DNA of 64,000 nucleotides. It comes from the human T2T-CHM13v2.0 reference genome, Homo sapiens. Numbering within the stretch: position 1 is the stretch's first letter; each line of letters opens with the position of its first letter. The stretch is from assembly GCF_009914755.1 (NCBI RefSeq), contig NC_060929.1. One strand, written 5' to 3'. The position numbers and the translations under genes were made by a program. Shown piece by piece: positions 13,596 through 25,075 of the stretch. The notes under the pieces are model-generated. The model was given only the letters and a program-made list of their open reading frames with translations. It ran no database searches and was not told where the DNA came from.

Positions 13596-15803
13596 CTATG
13601 TAAATTAAAGGATGGCAACAGCAACGAGCCAAGCAAAGCCGATCTCCGCTAGCATGCATGAGGTGCCTTTGCATGGGTGAGAATTCGCCCTCTAAGTGGG
13701 CGAATTACAGAAAGACACTTTTCCTCCTGGATGATACACTCTTGCGCTCAGCCCATGTCGAGGTCTGGCTTATGACCCTCTTACCGCTAAAGCTCAAATC
13801 CCTTTTGGAAAACTCAATGTGCGTGATTATCTGGGAAGAGCACTCTGGAGAGCTCTAAGAGGCAAGTGAGCTTGTCCTGGAGTCATGTGAAACACAGAGC
13901 CCTGCAGCCCCCACTCCCTGCATCAGGAGTAAGGTTTATAAGGGCCCCGAGGTATTCTCATGGGCCTGCTCCTTTACCCCAGAAGTGGACACTGTCAGAA
14001 GGTGCAAAGTCTGTAGAATGCAGAGCTTACATGAAGAGGTGCAGTGAAACCCGTCCTGTGTGGTCCAGGCCTGTGTCATGGAACACTGTCCTCCAGACTT
14101 CTGGGTCACTCTCCCCTTAATGCCCAATTACATACAACCCGAGCCCCAGCCTGCTGGGACCACACAGCACTCCCGTGATCTGGGGCCCTGTGGCTTCCTC
14201 TTTCTCTGACCACTACTCAGGGCTCTTGGCACTTATGCTCCAGGCTGCTTGTCACACTTCCCTTGCTGCTGTAACTCGGAGCTACCCACTGTATGGACTG
14301 GAAACCAAGCAGTAGGGGGTGGGCATCACCCCTGCGCCCACAATTCCTGAGCCAGGTATCCAGGCCTGAGATAGGGGGCCCTACCTGGGGATTTGAGAAA
14401 GTGGATCCAGGCTCTGCAAAGGAGAAGACCTCTGGCATCTTCTTGAGCTGAGTACTGATGAAAGAGCAGGCCTGGGAGGAGGGCTTTCTCTGAGAAAAGA
14501 GGGTGATGGTCCAGGGGCTGAAGGATTTTAGCTCCCCAAAGAAGTGCCCTGGAGGAAGATGTGTGTGCGTCAGAGCAGTGAACATTTGTCCAAACTCTCC
14601 TCTCTCAGTCTCAGGGACTTCCACTTTAGCAGGAATGGAAGGTTATCCACACCCGACAGGTCTCCTTGGGGAAAGGTTAGTCAGGCATCTGAATGGGGAG
14701 GCAGGTGCATGGGAACAGCTGGCTTTGAGTGAAGGGCATGGGGGAGCTGCGGCAGGGCCGTGGGCAGCTGGTTTAGGTGCTCTACACCTGCACGTGCTGT
14801 GGCATGCCTGGAACCTGGGGGGCACACACAGAACACTTTGTTTTTTCCAATCACCAGCCACAACTGTGTCCCTTCCTGCCACTCACTCCTGACCCTGGTC
14901 AACTTCTAGGGCAGATTCCCAATTCTGGAGTCACTTGCAGCATTAAAAAAAAAAATCCAGCACAGCTTAGAGCCTCAATCTCTTTTCCAATGTGACGCCC
15001 GTCTCTTCCCCTCCCCCGGGCTGACCAGCACTGGCCACAGACAGCTGAAATGGGGGTGCAGGGGAGGGCATGGTCTGGCCTTTCTGTTCTCTCCTCCCTC
15101 TTTAGGACCTTTTCTTCCATGGTGTACTGGGGCAGGGAAGAAGAGGGTGGAAAGAGACCTGTCTCTTACATGACAGACACTATCGTCCTCCTCTGATCTG
15201 TTGCTGCTGTTTGGACTGGCTGTGTCTGGCTGTGAGGCTGTCTGACAGATGGGTCCCCATGGGGCATGTGTATGCATCCTACAGGACTTTCCATAAGAAC
15301 AAGCAGAGATCTCCCTCCTCACAGTTCCCCATCAAGGGAAAACCCATGGTGTGGCCTCTTCTGAGCCCCCCTGCTCTGGACCCTGTGGTTGTCCTGCAAC
15401 CTCTGCCTGATGGGTCCCCTTGCCTGGAAGGCAACCCTCTTAATCAGAGGTTTAAGCCCTCTAACTTTTAGGCGTCCACTTAGGGGACGGGAAACCCTAT
15501 GTCCTTTCTCCCCCACATGGTGGGAGGGTAGAAGGCTCTAGGGTCCTCTGTCTGAACAGTTTCTTCCTGGCTCAGAGGCACGTGGTTGGGTGCCGCTTGT
15601 CTTTTCCAGGGCAGTTGGTAAAATCCTACCTAGCATCCTGTTAAACTGTTACCCAACACTGAGGGGGCAGTTTAGAACAGAATAGGCAGATGGCTCTAGT
15701 GGACAGTTAACTAGTAAGGAGGCAACACTGCAGTTGCCTGGTGTCTGTAGTTGGCGTCCTTTAGATGGAGACTGATGGCAGGGTTTTAGAGTATAGAAAC
15801 TGG

Positions 15804-16233
<430 letters not shown>

Positions 16234-16803
16234 TTAAATAGGGGTGAGGGAGTTTTGGCAGGGCAGGGATCCCAAAATAAAAAAGACCCATTGTTCCCTG
16301 GACTGGAAGGAGCCCTAGGAATCCTCAGTGGGGATTTCCACAGGAAGAAAACTGGCTTGTTCGTCTCCTGGGTCCTGGTACCAGGGAACCAACCGTAAAT
16401 CAGTGGAGGGCCAACAGCAGAGGTGACGTGAGCAGAGAGGTGTCCAGAAAGGCTGCTCTGACAACTGGGAGACATGCAGTGGCAGAACCCAGGCCTGAGA
16501 GCTGTGGTGAGAACCAAGGCGGCCAGGCCTGGACCAGGATGGGGGAGTCCATGGGAGCGATGAGAAGCAGACGGCGCAGAGAGGCCTTCAGAGGCTCGTG
16601 TGGGCAGTGGGGAGAGGAGCGAGTAGGTGGAGCGGGAGTGATGGGGGTGACTGAGCCAGGGAGAACGAGCAGGGTCTGGGTGGGCCCACTCAGGGCATAA
16701 GCTAGGGAAATACCAGGAAAATCCCCAAAGACAGAGTCCTGAGAGGAATCCAAGCTGTGGCATGAAAGAAATTAACTGTGGAGTGTGGAAATTGCAACCC
16801 AGA

Positions 16804-19035
16804 CCCAAGTCAAATGGAGAAGCCTTCTAGAAATGCAGCACTGCTGACAAAGGGACCCTCTACAAAGTGCTCACTTTCCCAGAGGAGAAGGAATTTACTG
16901 AAACCTGAGAGAGAAATGTAGATGCTCTCGTACCCGCTCTGAGCTCTGCTCAGAGGCTCCTAAGAGGGCTCCCTTAATAAAATAAAATATTTTCACAACA
17001 AAGTGAATAACCGTTAAGTAATCTGCAACATAAATACACATGATTGTCAGTATCCCCAAGATGAAAACTGAGCGGCTCATTCCAGAGCTAAACTTTCAAC
17101 TGCCAACGTCTGTAACAAGGAGTGGAGTATTCCTGGGATATCGAGAAGGAATATTGGTGACCCAGGACCTGAGCCCAGCTCTCAGGCCTGGGAGTTCAAG
17201 AGCCTGAACAAAGGCATGAGAGATTTGGTTGGTAGCAAGAGCCCAACATCACCCAGGGTTCTCGGGAAGCTATTCAACAAGTTATTAGAATTGCTTTCTT
17301 CGATGTGCAGCCGCTGTTTTTCCCTTGAAGAAACCAGAACATTGGGTCAGGTGTAGAGAAGGTGGAAGGGTCGTGGCAGGTACCTTGCTCAGCCTGGGGC
17401 AGTGGGCATCCCAGCCCAGGTGGCAGCTTCCCTGGGGTGTAGGTGTGGAGATGGGCAAGGTTTGCAGGAGTTCCTGTGGGCCAGAGACAAAAGAGGCCAG
17501 TCAGCTTCTGGAAGCCAAATAGACCAGGAGGGCCTTTTGAAAAGACTGAGAAGGTCCTGGGTGGTGGCCCTGGCCCAGCCCTGGAGGGGCTGCTGGCAGT
17601 GGAGAGGGGAAGAACCTGGGGGGCAGAGGTGGAGTGGAAATGCTGTTCCTGTTTGGGAAAGGGCAGGACAAGGGCAGGTACTTTGACCCGGAACGGGCTC
17701 TTCTGGGAACACAGAGACTCCAGTGACAGAGGGACGCTCCCCAGCCTCACACACCTCAATCATCTTTGGATTGTTCCAAATGGATAAAGAAGATGAGGTT
17801 TAAAGAGCTTTGAGGTGTTCAGTAAGGCAGCCAGGTTAGGCTTCAGAAAGGTGGTGTTCTACAGGGGCCAAGTGTGTGTGGTACGGCCAGGAAGGGCTGT
17901 CCTTGTGGCCTTGTTTGCCATTCCCCTGCCTCCTTTCTGGGGTGGCCTTCACTAGTTCCCCCATCACCTCCCCCAGCTCTGTCCTGCCCAGGCCCCAGGA
18001 GGAACCCAGCTGCTTTAGGAGCACAGCAGCCAAGCGGGTCACAGCACAGTCTGACACAGGCCGGCAGGGCAGGGACCATCATGCCTCCTGGCTCCAGATG
18101 CACTGGGCAAGGGCCTGGGGTATACGGGCACTTTCTGAACCAGCTTCCAGGATGCAAAAAGAAGGAAGCCAGCTGTGCCAATGTGAATATTACAACTCCC
18201 ACACTTGGCAAAGAACATCTACCACGCACATCCTCCATGAGGCAAAGAATAGGCTGGTGGATGCATCTGCAGTGAAGATGCCAGATAAAGGCTGACTCCA
18301 GTGTGACCCTGCAGGTGCGCCTCACCCAAATGTGCCCAAGCCCAGAGCAGTGACCAGCAATACAATGGCAGTGACGACTGGTAGGGAGGGCAGTGGGACT
18401 TCGGGGCTGTGTGCCCACCTCAGGATCCATTGCTCCTGGATCTCACCTTTCTGCAGGGGAAGAGCAAGAACCCATGAGTGCCTGGCCTGGGGCCGAGCGG
18501 AGCTGTTCCTACCCTGTGCCCATCTGGCACCAGCTACTCATAGAGGGCGTGCTCAGTTGCCACTGGATTTCAAGGATGATGTTCAAGAAGTTGTCTTTAG
18601 TCTGGATTCTAATGGCCATTGTGGGTAGGGGCTTTTGGAGGCTGAGAGGAAGAAGGATGAGGAGGAGGGGGAGGCAAAACGGTCTCCACATATCTGTACT
18701 GCTTGGAGGTACCGTGGTCTTCCCTAACCTGTGTGGATCTGAAGTGGCCTGGCCCACATCCTCTGTAAAGGCCCAGCACGGGTGAGGGCGGTGCAGGAGA
18801 TTCAGGGGGTGTGGGGGTTGGGGGGGATGATGAGGTGTGGGGAGAAGCCCCAGTGGACTGATACTCTTTTCTGATATGGAACCTCCACGACAAACACATC
18901 AACTTATTCATCATTTTCTGTAAAGAAAAGATCAGTAAGGCTGGAAACAATGTAAAAGGTTTCTCCTCACCTCACCAAGGAAGATAAGACAGAGCAGGCA
19001 CGGCTGAGAGGCAGCCTGGCTCTGAGCTCACCTGG
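16804..19035 (-). pseudogene. Unprocessed IL3-like paralogue pseudogene, 5 exons, head-to-head with IL3
   Basis: Minus-strand exons: E1 18691-18542 MWRPFCLPLLLILLPLSLQKPLPTMAIRIQTKDNFLNIILEIQWQLSTPS (16/50 ungapped identities to IL3 E1); E2 18450-18419 KGEIQEQWIL; E3 17858-17755 NTTFLKPNLAALLNTSKLF/fs/TSSSLSIWNNPKMIE; E4 17473-17432 ELLQTLPISTPTPQ (42 nt, as in IL3); E5 from 17322 EKQRLHIEESNSNN..FPRTLGD. Promoter, intron edges and 3'UTR are colinear with IL3. Donors 1 and 4 and acceptor 4 are mutated. Confidence 0.88.
18735..19035 (-). promoter_or_regulatory. Promoter relic of the IL3-like pseudogene
   Basis: Minus strand TGGAGGTTCCATATCAGA (18887-18870) vs IL3 TGGAGGTTCCATGTCAGA (24396-24413). 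GATGAATAA (18912-18904) and ACTGATCTT (18936-18928) are identical to IL3 24368-24376 and 24341-24349. Confidence 0.8.
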
Positions 19036-19879
19036 GTCTGTCTGTGCCCCTGCCTAGCTAGCATCTGGTCCTGTCCTTCCCTGGACAGCTCTGACCTGCA
19101 GCTGCCCACCCAGGCCGGCCCTTCCCCTCTCTCCCTGGGAGGCAGACAAGACTTCGCATGGCAACATCATCTACACAACTAATGCTCCATGTGAAGTCTC
19201 CCCCACTTAAGAGAGCATTTCCTGAGGGCCTGGACTGCCAGGTTCTTAGCATTTATGCCCCAACCTTGTCACCTCACAGTTTGGGGGCAGCTTCTTTGAG
19301 AACGGGGAGCTCTTGGTTTTGTCTGCGATAGATATGATAAATGCAATAGGAATGCATCTTCCAAAGCTTTGTATTTCAGGTGGGTAACAAGAGAGTGACA
19401 GACACTGAAAGCCCATAACTTATTAATAACAATAGGAACCATATGGCCACCCCAGGTATCCAGATATTGGAGCCCTGGATTGAGGCCAACAGATGGAGCA
19501 CCTGCAGCCCCAAACCCAGCACTCCCTAGGGAACACTTCTTCTGTGGCTTGCCTGGCTCCAGATCATCCTTTAGGTCATAGCTGTCCTTTCCTCCTGTCT
19601 TCTCTGATGGTGCAGGCTGGATGAGGCTGCCTCATTTCTGGGCTTCTGTCTCCCACAGGCATATCATTCTAAATGGGGATTCTCCAACTGTCTTCTCTAT
19701 TAGACTGGGCCTGGGATGGAGGGTCTGCTCTGCACCGACTGGGCCCCAAGGAAGCCATGACCCTGCAGCAGGGAATAGAAAGGCGAGGGTGCACAGGTGG
19801 AGGCTGTGTAGGTCTTGGGGATGGAGTGCAGAGCCAGGTTGGGACAGGAGGCCAGGGCTCTCCAGCTGGGCCCGCTCGG

Positions 19880-20150
19880 TGGCTTTTTCCTGAGCTCTCT
19901 GCTCAGGTGAGCAGGGGACATCTGGTTGCACTGCTTGGCTGGCCAAGAACCCTGAGCTGCCTTCTGTGGTGACAAAACCAGGCGATGTCATCAGGGCCAC
20001 CAGCGGAAATACAACCGAGGTCATGGGCAGATTAAATCTGACACTTGTGATGCCATGGAAAGGGTGGCGGAGGAGCTTGTCACAGTGACTGAGGCCCAGG
20101 TTCTTGCCTGTGGCGGGTACCCCAGAAAATTCCACTAGGCCTGTGGGGGT
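19880..20150. promoter_or_regulatory. Probable IL3 -4.5 kb enhancer
   Basis: 4.5 kb upstream of the IL3 TSS. NFAT tggaaa (~20056), kB/NFAT-like gaaaattcca (~20124), RUNX-like tgtggt/tgtggc, AP-1/CRE-like gatgtca. Assignment rests on position plus motifs. Confidence 0.6.
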
Positions 20151-21624
20151 GAGTGATGGGAAGAAGGAGGCATGTACCTCTAGTTGGACTGGACCCTGAG
20201 GGCCAGGACTTCCAACAATGTGGCCCACTCCATAGGGATGGGGTCAGGCCCACAGGGATCCATTAGACAGGGGTCCAGAGACCCCTCCTGAAACCTCCAG
20301 GGCTTTGGCAGACCCTGGGCTGCAGTCTTGGGCTGGCTCTCCTGTCCGGGCCCTGGCACACCCTCCCTCATGCCTGCCCCAGGGGTGGGCACGTGTGCTC
20401 ATTTCCCTTCTTGATAGCAATCAGCCCAGCCCACAAAGGAGGTTTCCCCTAAGCCGGGCTGGGTTGACACAAAGGCCTGGGGTGGAATCACCATCTTACA
20501 GGGGACCAGGTCTCTCCTCAAGGGCTGGCAGGACTGTCGCCTCTGGAGGAGGGAAGTGGTGCCCATGATTTTGCATGAAGCTCCTATAGAGTCAAGGCAA
20601 ACCTTGAAGGAGACCCCCAGGATGACCCAGGCTATGCCTCGGTCCAAGGGCTCACGGAAGCGCTGTGGTGGCCAACTACCCAGATATCCTTGGCAGCCCC
20701 TTTGGAATGAGGTTTGCTTTTAGGAACATGTCCCTCCATTCCTCCCTGGTTCATCGAACGGCAGCAGGTATTGGGCTGCAGTCACTGGGCCTCTCCGGGG
20801 TCCGGGGCTGCACCACCTCCTGCCTCCTTTGCTCTGCCCAGCTGGCCTCCCTGCCCATCCCAGCCTCCTCCCATGGCCCCACTCCCTGCCTCTGGGGCCT
20901 TCCATTCCATATTCTTGCCTGCCAAGGCCCTGGGTCCTCCCAACCTCCTCGCCCTCTGACCCCAGGCTGCCAGCCCCTCAAGGTCACCTCCAGGTAGTCA
21001 CAGCTCAAGCCACCAAACCTCACCACCCTTATTGCTTCTAGCCCCACCTCAGGGGCTGACTTGACCTCTATTTCACAGAGAACACAGAAGCCATTGTCCC
21101 CTCCCACCACAAACCTGTGGACCAACCAGGCCCACCCCACTGCACCTACCCCACCCAGATGGACTGGGCCACCCAGGCAGCCCTTCCCTGAGCTCTCTGC
21201 GAGGAGCCCGTGACAGCTGATGGTGGGGCTCTGCCTGTGCTGGCCGGCCAGCCATCTCACCCATTCCCGGCTCACCTCCTTAAGAGAGGAAGGAGCTCAA
21301 ACTTCTGTGTGGAAGGTGCGTCTCTGACCCTGTGACTCCTCTGGCTGCCCCATCCCCCTCTTTCCTTCAAAATAAAACTTCAAAGAATCTTCTACCCTCC
21401 GTCTCACCGTCACTCGCTTCTCAGCCCACTGCCAGAGGCTTTGCCCCACCATACACTGAAACTACTCCGCCAGAGGCCTCAGGGATCTCCCCGTCAGTAA
21501 TCAGAGTGGTTACATCTCATCCTCACCCTGCTGTCCCCTCCTGCCACATGGCATCATCCTTTAAGGCCGTCATTGTCCGATGCTGCCCAGGGGGTGCTCA
21601 GCCTCTGGGTTGGACTGTTCTGCT

Positions 21625-21810
21625 TATCTCAGTCCCAGTGATGTCACTTCCTAGCTACATCAGCTCAGCTTCTCTGAGACTCAGTTTCTTCATCTGGAAA
21701 ATGGGGCTAATAACAGCACCTGCCTCACAGTTCATCATGAGGATTAACAAGTTCAGCCATGAAAAGAACTTAGTTCTCCACACTTCACAAGTGCCACTCA
21801 ATAGAAGTCA
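21625..21810 (+). mobile_element. MIR
   Basis: Core ctcagtttcttcatctggaaaatggggctaataacagcacctgcctcacag. Confidence 0.8.
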
Positions 21811-22077
21811 GCTGTGAGAGCGCTTCCCTTCACCCAGTCCTCTCCACCCCGTAAGAACCTACCTAGTCCAGCTTCCCACCACCTGTCTTCCAGAGGACTC
21901 CCAATATCTCCTCACTGGCCACCCTGCTGCCTTGAACTTTCTCATCCTTTCCCCCACAGCAGGTGCACCTGAGCTTCACCTCGCCTCCCCTGGTTGAAAA
22001 CCCCGCAAGTCCTCCAATGCTCCTAGCATGAAGCCTCAACCTCTTTTGCCTTTAATAAACTATGTGTATATATATAA

Positions 22078-22285
22078 TTTTTTTGGAGAGATGGTCTCAC
22101 TCCAACGCCCAGGCTGGAGTGCAGTGGCACAATCACAACTCACTGCAGCCTTGACCTCCCAGGCTCAGGTGGTCCTCCCACATCAGCCTCCTAAGTAGCT
22201 GGGACCACAGGTGTGCACCACCACGCCTGGCTAATTTTTTGTATTTTTTGTAGAGATGAGGTTTCGCCAAATTGCTCAGGCTGGT
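22078..22285 (-). mobile_element. Truncated AluJ-like element
   Basis: Poly-T, gcccaggctggagtgcagtggcacaatcac...ttttgtagagatgaggtttc; ends early in the left arm. Confidence 0.85.
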
Positions 22286-22654
22286 ATATATTCATTTTTA
22301 AAATGAGAAAAACACTACAAATGTCAAGATTTACAATACTACTATTCAGGATTTTGTGTGCATGTGTGGTTACAACACAAAGTCTTGACTTTTAAAGAAA
22401 CAAAAAAAAATACAGGAATGTTTTGTCTCCACAGCTTTAAATTCATTGAACTTTAAAATTCCCTAGAAAAGCCCACTTACACTAAAAAAAATACAGCTTT
22501 TCTCTGTAAGGAATCACATTATTTGTGCACAAGTCCCCAAAACGTTTACATAGACAGTAACACCAAGGTACAGTTGAGTATGCAAGGAACAAACTCTGGG
22601 TCCGTGGGGCAATAGGGGACCCTACCGGAGCTAAGATTGCTGAGGTAGTTAGAT

Positions 22655-22810
22655 CAGAGCCCCTCAAATGCACTGAATCACTGAGGATCTTATCAAAATG
22701 CGATTTTTGATTCAGAAAGTCTGGGCTGGGGCCTGAGGGTTGACACCGCTAACAAGCTCCCGGGCAGGGCTGACCTGCAGGTCTGGGACCACAGGAAGGG
22801 TAGCAAGACT
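22655..22810. mobile_element. MER5-like hAT-Charlie relic
   Basis: gaatcactgaggatcttatcaaaatgcgatt...gtctgggctggggcctgag...taacaagctccc. Confidence 0.65.
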
Positions 22811-24219
22811 GGAAATCTGTCTCCTCACAAGACTGAGCTGCTAGTGGAGGTTACCATGTCTGTTTTATTCACAGCAAGTGCTTTGTAGACGTCTGTTGAA
22901 TGAATTGTGCCTACGGAGTACGCAAGCTGGTGCTAAGGCTCCCCTCTGTGTGTTGAGTTGTGCCTGTCAGACTCCACTCCGGGTCCAGAACCTAGGGCTC
23001 TTCCTGGTCCAGGGCCCAGCCTGGGGCTGAGCCAGGAGGGCATATCAGCTACAGAAATCATCCTCACAGCATGGCCTTGAGTCACAGCCTCTTCACCTGC
23101 CTCCCCACAGCCACATCCTGGTCCTTGTCTTCACCTGATCTGCTTATGCTCAGAAGCCCAAAGCACCCAAATTCCGCTGCCTCAGCATAACCTCCTATCC
23201 CGCATCCCCCACACTGATCACAACACACCGCACCATGACCCAGACCCTGGCCTTTCCTTACTGCTCTCCTCTCCCTCCCACCCGGGGCCAGTCATCTTGA
23301 AGAAGTCTTCCACATGCCCCTGTCACACTCATCCCTTTACCAAAAGCCCCTACCCCATGGGGTGGGTCAGGCAGGCCCCAAGACAGGCCCGTATCAGGAG
23401 GACCCCTCTTCTCTCAGGGGCTGCCCTCTGGGATAACCACCCCCGCCCTTCTGGGTTTCCTGCTTCCTATCTGGCTGCAGTTTCTCAGGTCCCTTGTGGA
23501 TTTCCCCATGGTCTGTCCCCACTCACATCCCCTCTCTGCAAACCTTGCCTACTGGGCCTGCACCTGGCAAATCCATGCTCAGCACAGACGGGGATCAAGA
23601 CCTCTCAATACAACTGTCTCCTGCCAATCCCTGCCCCAGCAGCCTGAGGCCCAGTCTGAAACCAGGGAGTTGCTCTCCTTTCTCCTCCCTTGACCTCACC
23701 CCTCAGACCATGCCAATTCTGCCTCCTAAACCTCCCAGGCCAGCCCCTCCCCCAGCTCCCAGTGACAGTGTCCTCAGGTACCTGAGCTCAGCTCTCGGTG
23801 CTACCAGAGGGACTGCCAGGGGCTGCAGCCGGGCCTCCTGCAGAGGCTGAGTCCCACACGCAGGGAACAGCCATGCCACTGCTAGCAGACCAGTAAGAGA
23901 ATGGCCACCTGGGGCCTGAGCGCCCTCGGCCATCCACCAGAAACAAAGTGTCAAGGAGAAGCTGCCCGAAGCCCATGGGACAAACCACTGGGGACTGGAA
24001 CACCAGTAATTCTGTATTGGGAAGCGGCACCAAGAGATGTGCTTCTCAGAGCCTGAGGCTGAACGTGGATGTTTAGCAGCGTGACCGGCTACCAGACAAA
24101 CTCTCATCTGTTCCAGTGGCCTCCTGGCCACCCACCAGGACCAAGCAGGGCGGGCAGCAGAGGGCCAGGGTAGTCCAGGTGATGGCAGATGAGATCCCAC
24201 TGGGCAGGAGGCCTCAGTG

Positions 24220-24524
24220 AGCTGAGTCAGGCTTCCCCTTCCTGCCACAGGGGTCCTCTCACCTGCTGCCATGCTTCCCATCTCTCATCCTCCTTGACAA
24301 GATGAAGTGATACCGTTTAAGTAATCTTTTTTCTTGTTTCACTGATCTTGAGTACTAGAAAGTCATGGATGAATAATTACGTCTGTGGTTTTCTATGGAG
24401 GTTCCATGTCAGATAAAGATCCTTCCGACGCCTGCCCCACACCACCACCTCCCCCCGCCTTGCCCGGGGTTGTGGGCACCTTGCTGCTGCACATATAAGG
24501 CGGGAGGCTGTTGCCAACTCTTCA
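24220..24524 (+). promoter_or_regulatory. IL3: IL3 proximal promoter
   Basis: AP-1 TGAGTCA 24223-24229, ETS-like ttcct ~24239, ACT-1 ATGAATAAT 24369-24377, RUNX TGTGGTT 24384-24390, CK-1 GAGGTTCCAT ~24398, GATA ~24411, GC box, TATAA 24494-24498, TSS ~24524. Confidence 0.92.
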
Positions 24525-24575
24525 GAGCCCCACGAAGGACCAGAACAAGACAGAGTGCCTCCTGCCGATCCAAAC

Positions 24576-24737
24576 ATGAGCCGCCTGCCCGTCCTGCTCC
24601 TGCTCCAACTCCTGGTCCGCCCCGGACTCCAAGCTCCCATGACCCAGACAACGCCCTTGAAGACAAGCTGGGTTAACTGCTCTAACATGATCGATGAAAT
24701 TATAACACACTTAAAGCAGCCACCTTTGCCTTTGCTG
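24576..24737 (+). CDS. IL3: Interleukin-3 exon 1
   Basis: MSRLPVLLLLQLLVRPGLQAPMTQTTPLKTSWVNCSNMIDEIITHLKQPPLPLL, donor gtgagt; Pro at codon 27. Confidence 0.99.
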
Positions 24738-24835
24738 GTGAGTAGCTTGGATAAGACTGGCCTGCAGCAGTGAGGGGTGGTGGCTGCCTAAGGCCAAAAG
24801 GCCTCATGGGCCTTTCTCTCCCTTCACCCCCACAG

Positions 24836-24877
24836 GACTTCAACAACCTCAATGGGGAAGACCAAGACATTCTGATG
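24836..24877 (+). CDS. IL3: Interleukin-3 exon 2
   Basis: cacag|DFNNLNGEDQDILM|gtaaga. Confidence 0.99.
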
Positions 24878-24894
24878 GTAAGAGCTCAGCCCGT

Positions 24895-25075
24895 GGATCC
24901 CGATCCACTTCCTGCCTGGGTGACTTCAGCCATGTCATTCCATCTTACCTAGCCTTGCTTTCTTCATCTGTAAAATAGGGTTAATAGCACCTATCTCAGT
25001 GGGATTGTTATGACAATCAAATGGCACAATGTGCATGTTCTGGCCCAGCATCTGGCACTTAAGAGTTCAATACAT
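24895..25075 (+). mobile_element. MIR in IL3 intron 2
   Basis: gggtgacttcagc...ttcttcatctgtaaaatagggttaatagcacctatctca. Confidence 0.8.

Noticed and set aside
20028-20040. 13-bp palindrome CAGATTAAATCTG in the -4.5 kb region (also CACCCTGAGGGTG at 10742-10754)
   Set aside because: Six-bp arms occur several times by chance in 64 kb; no independent support.
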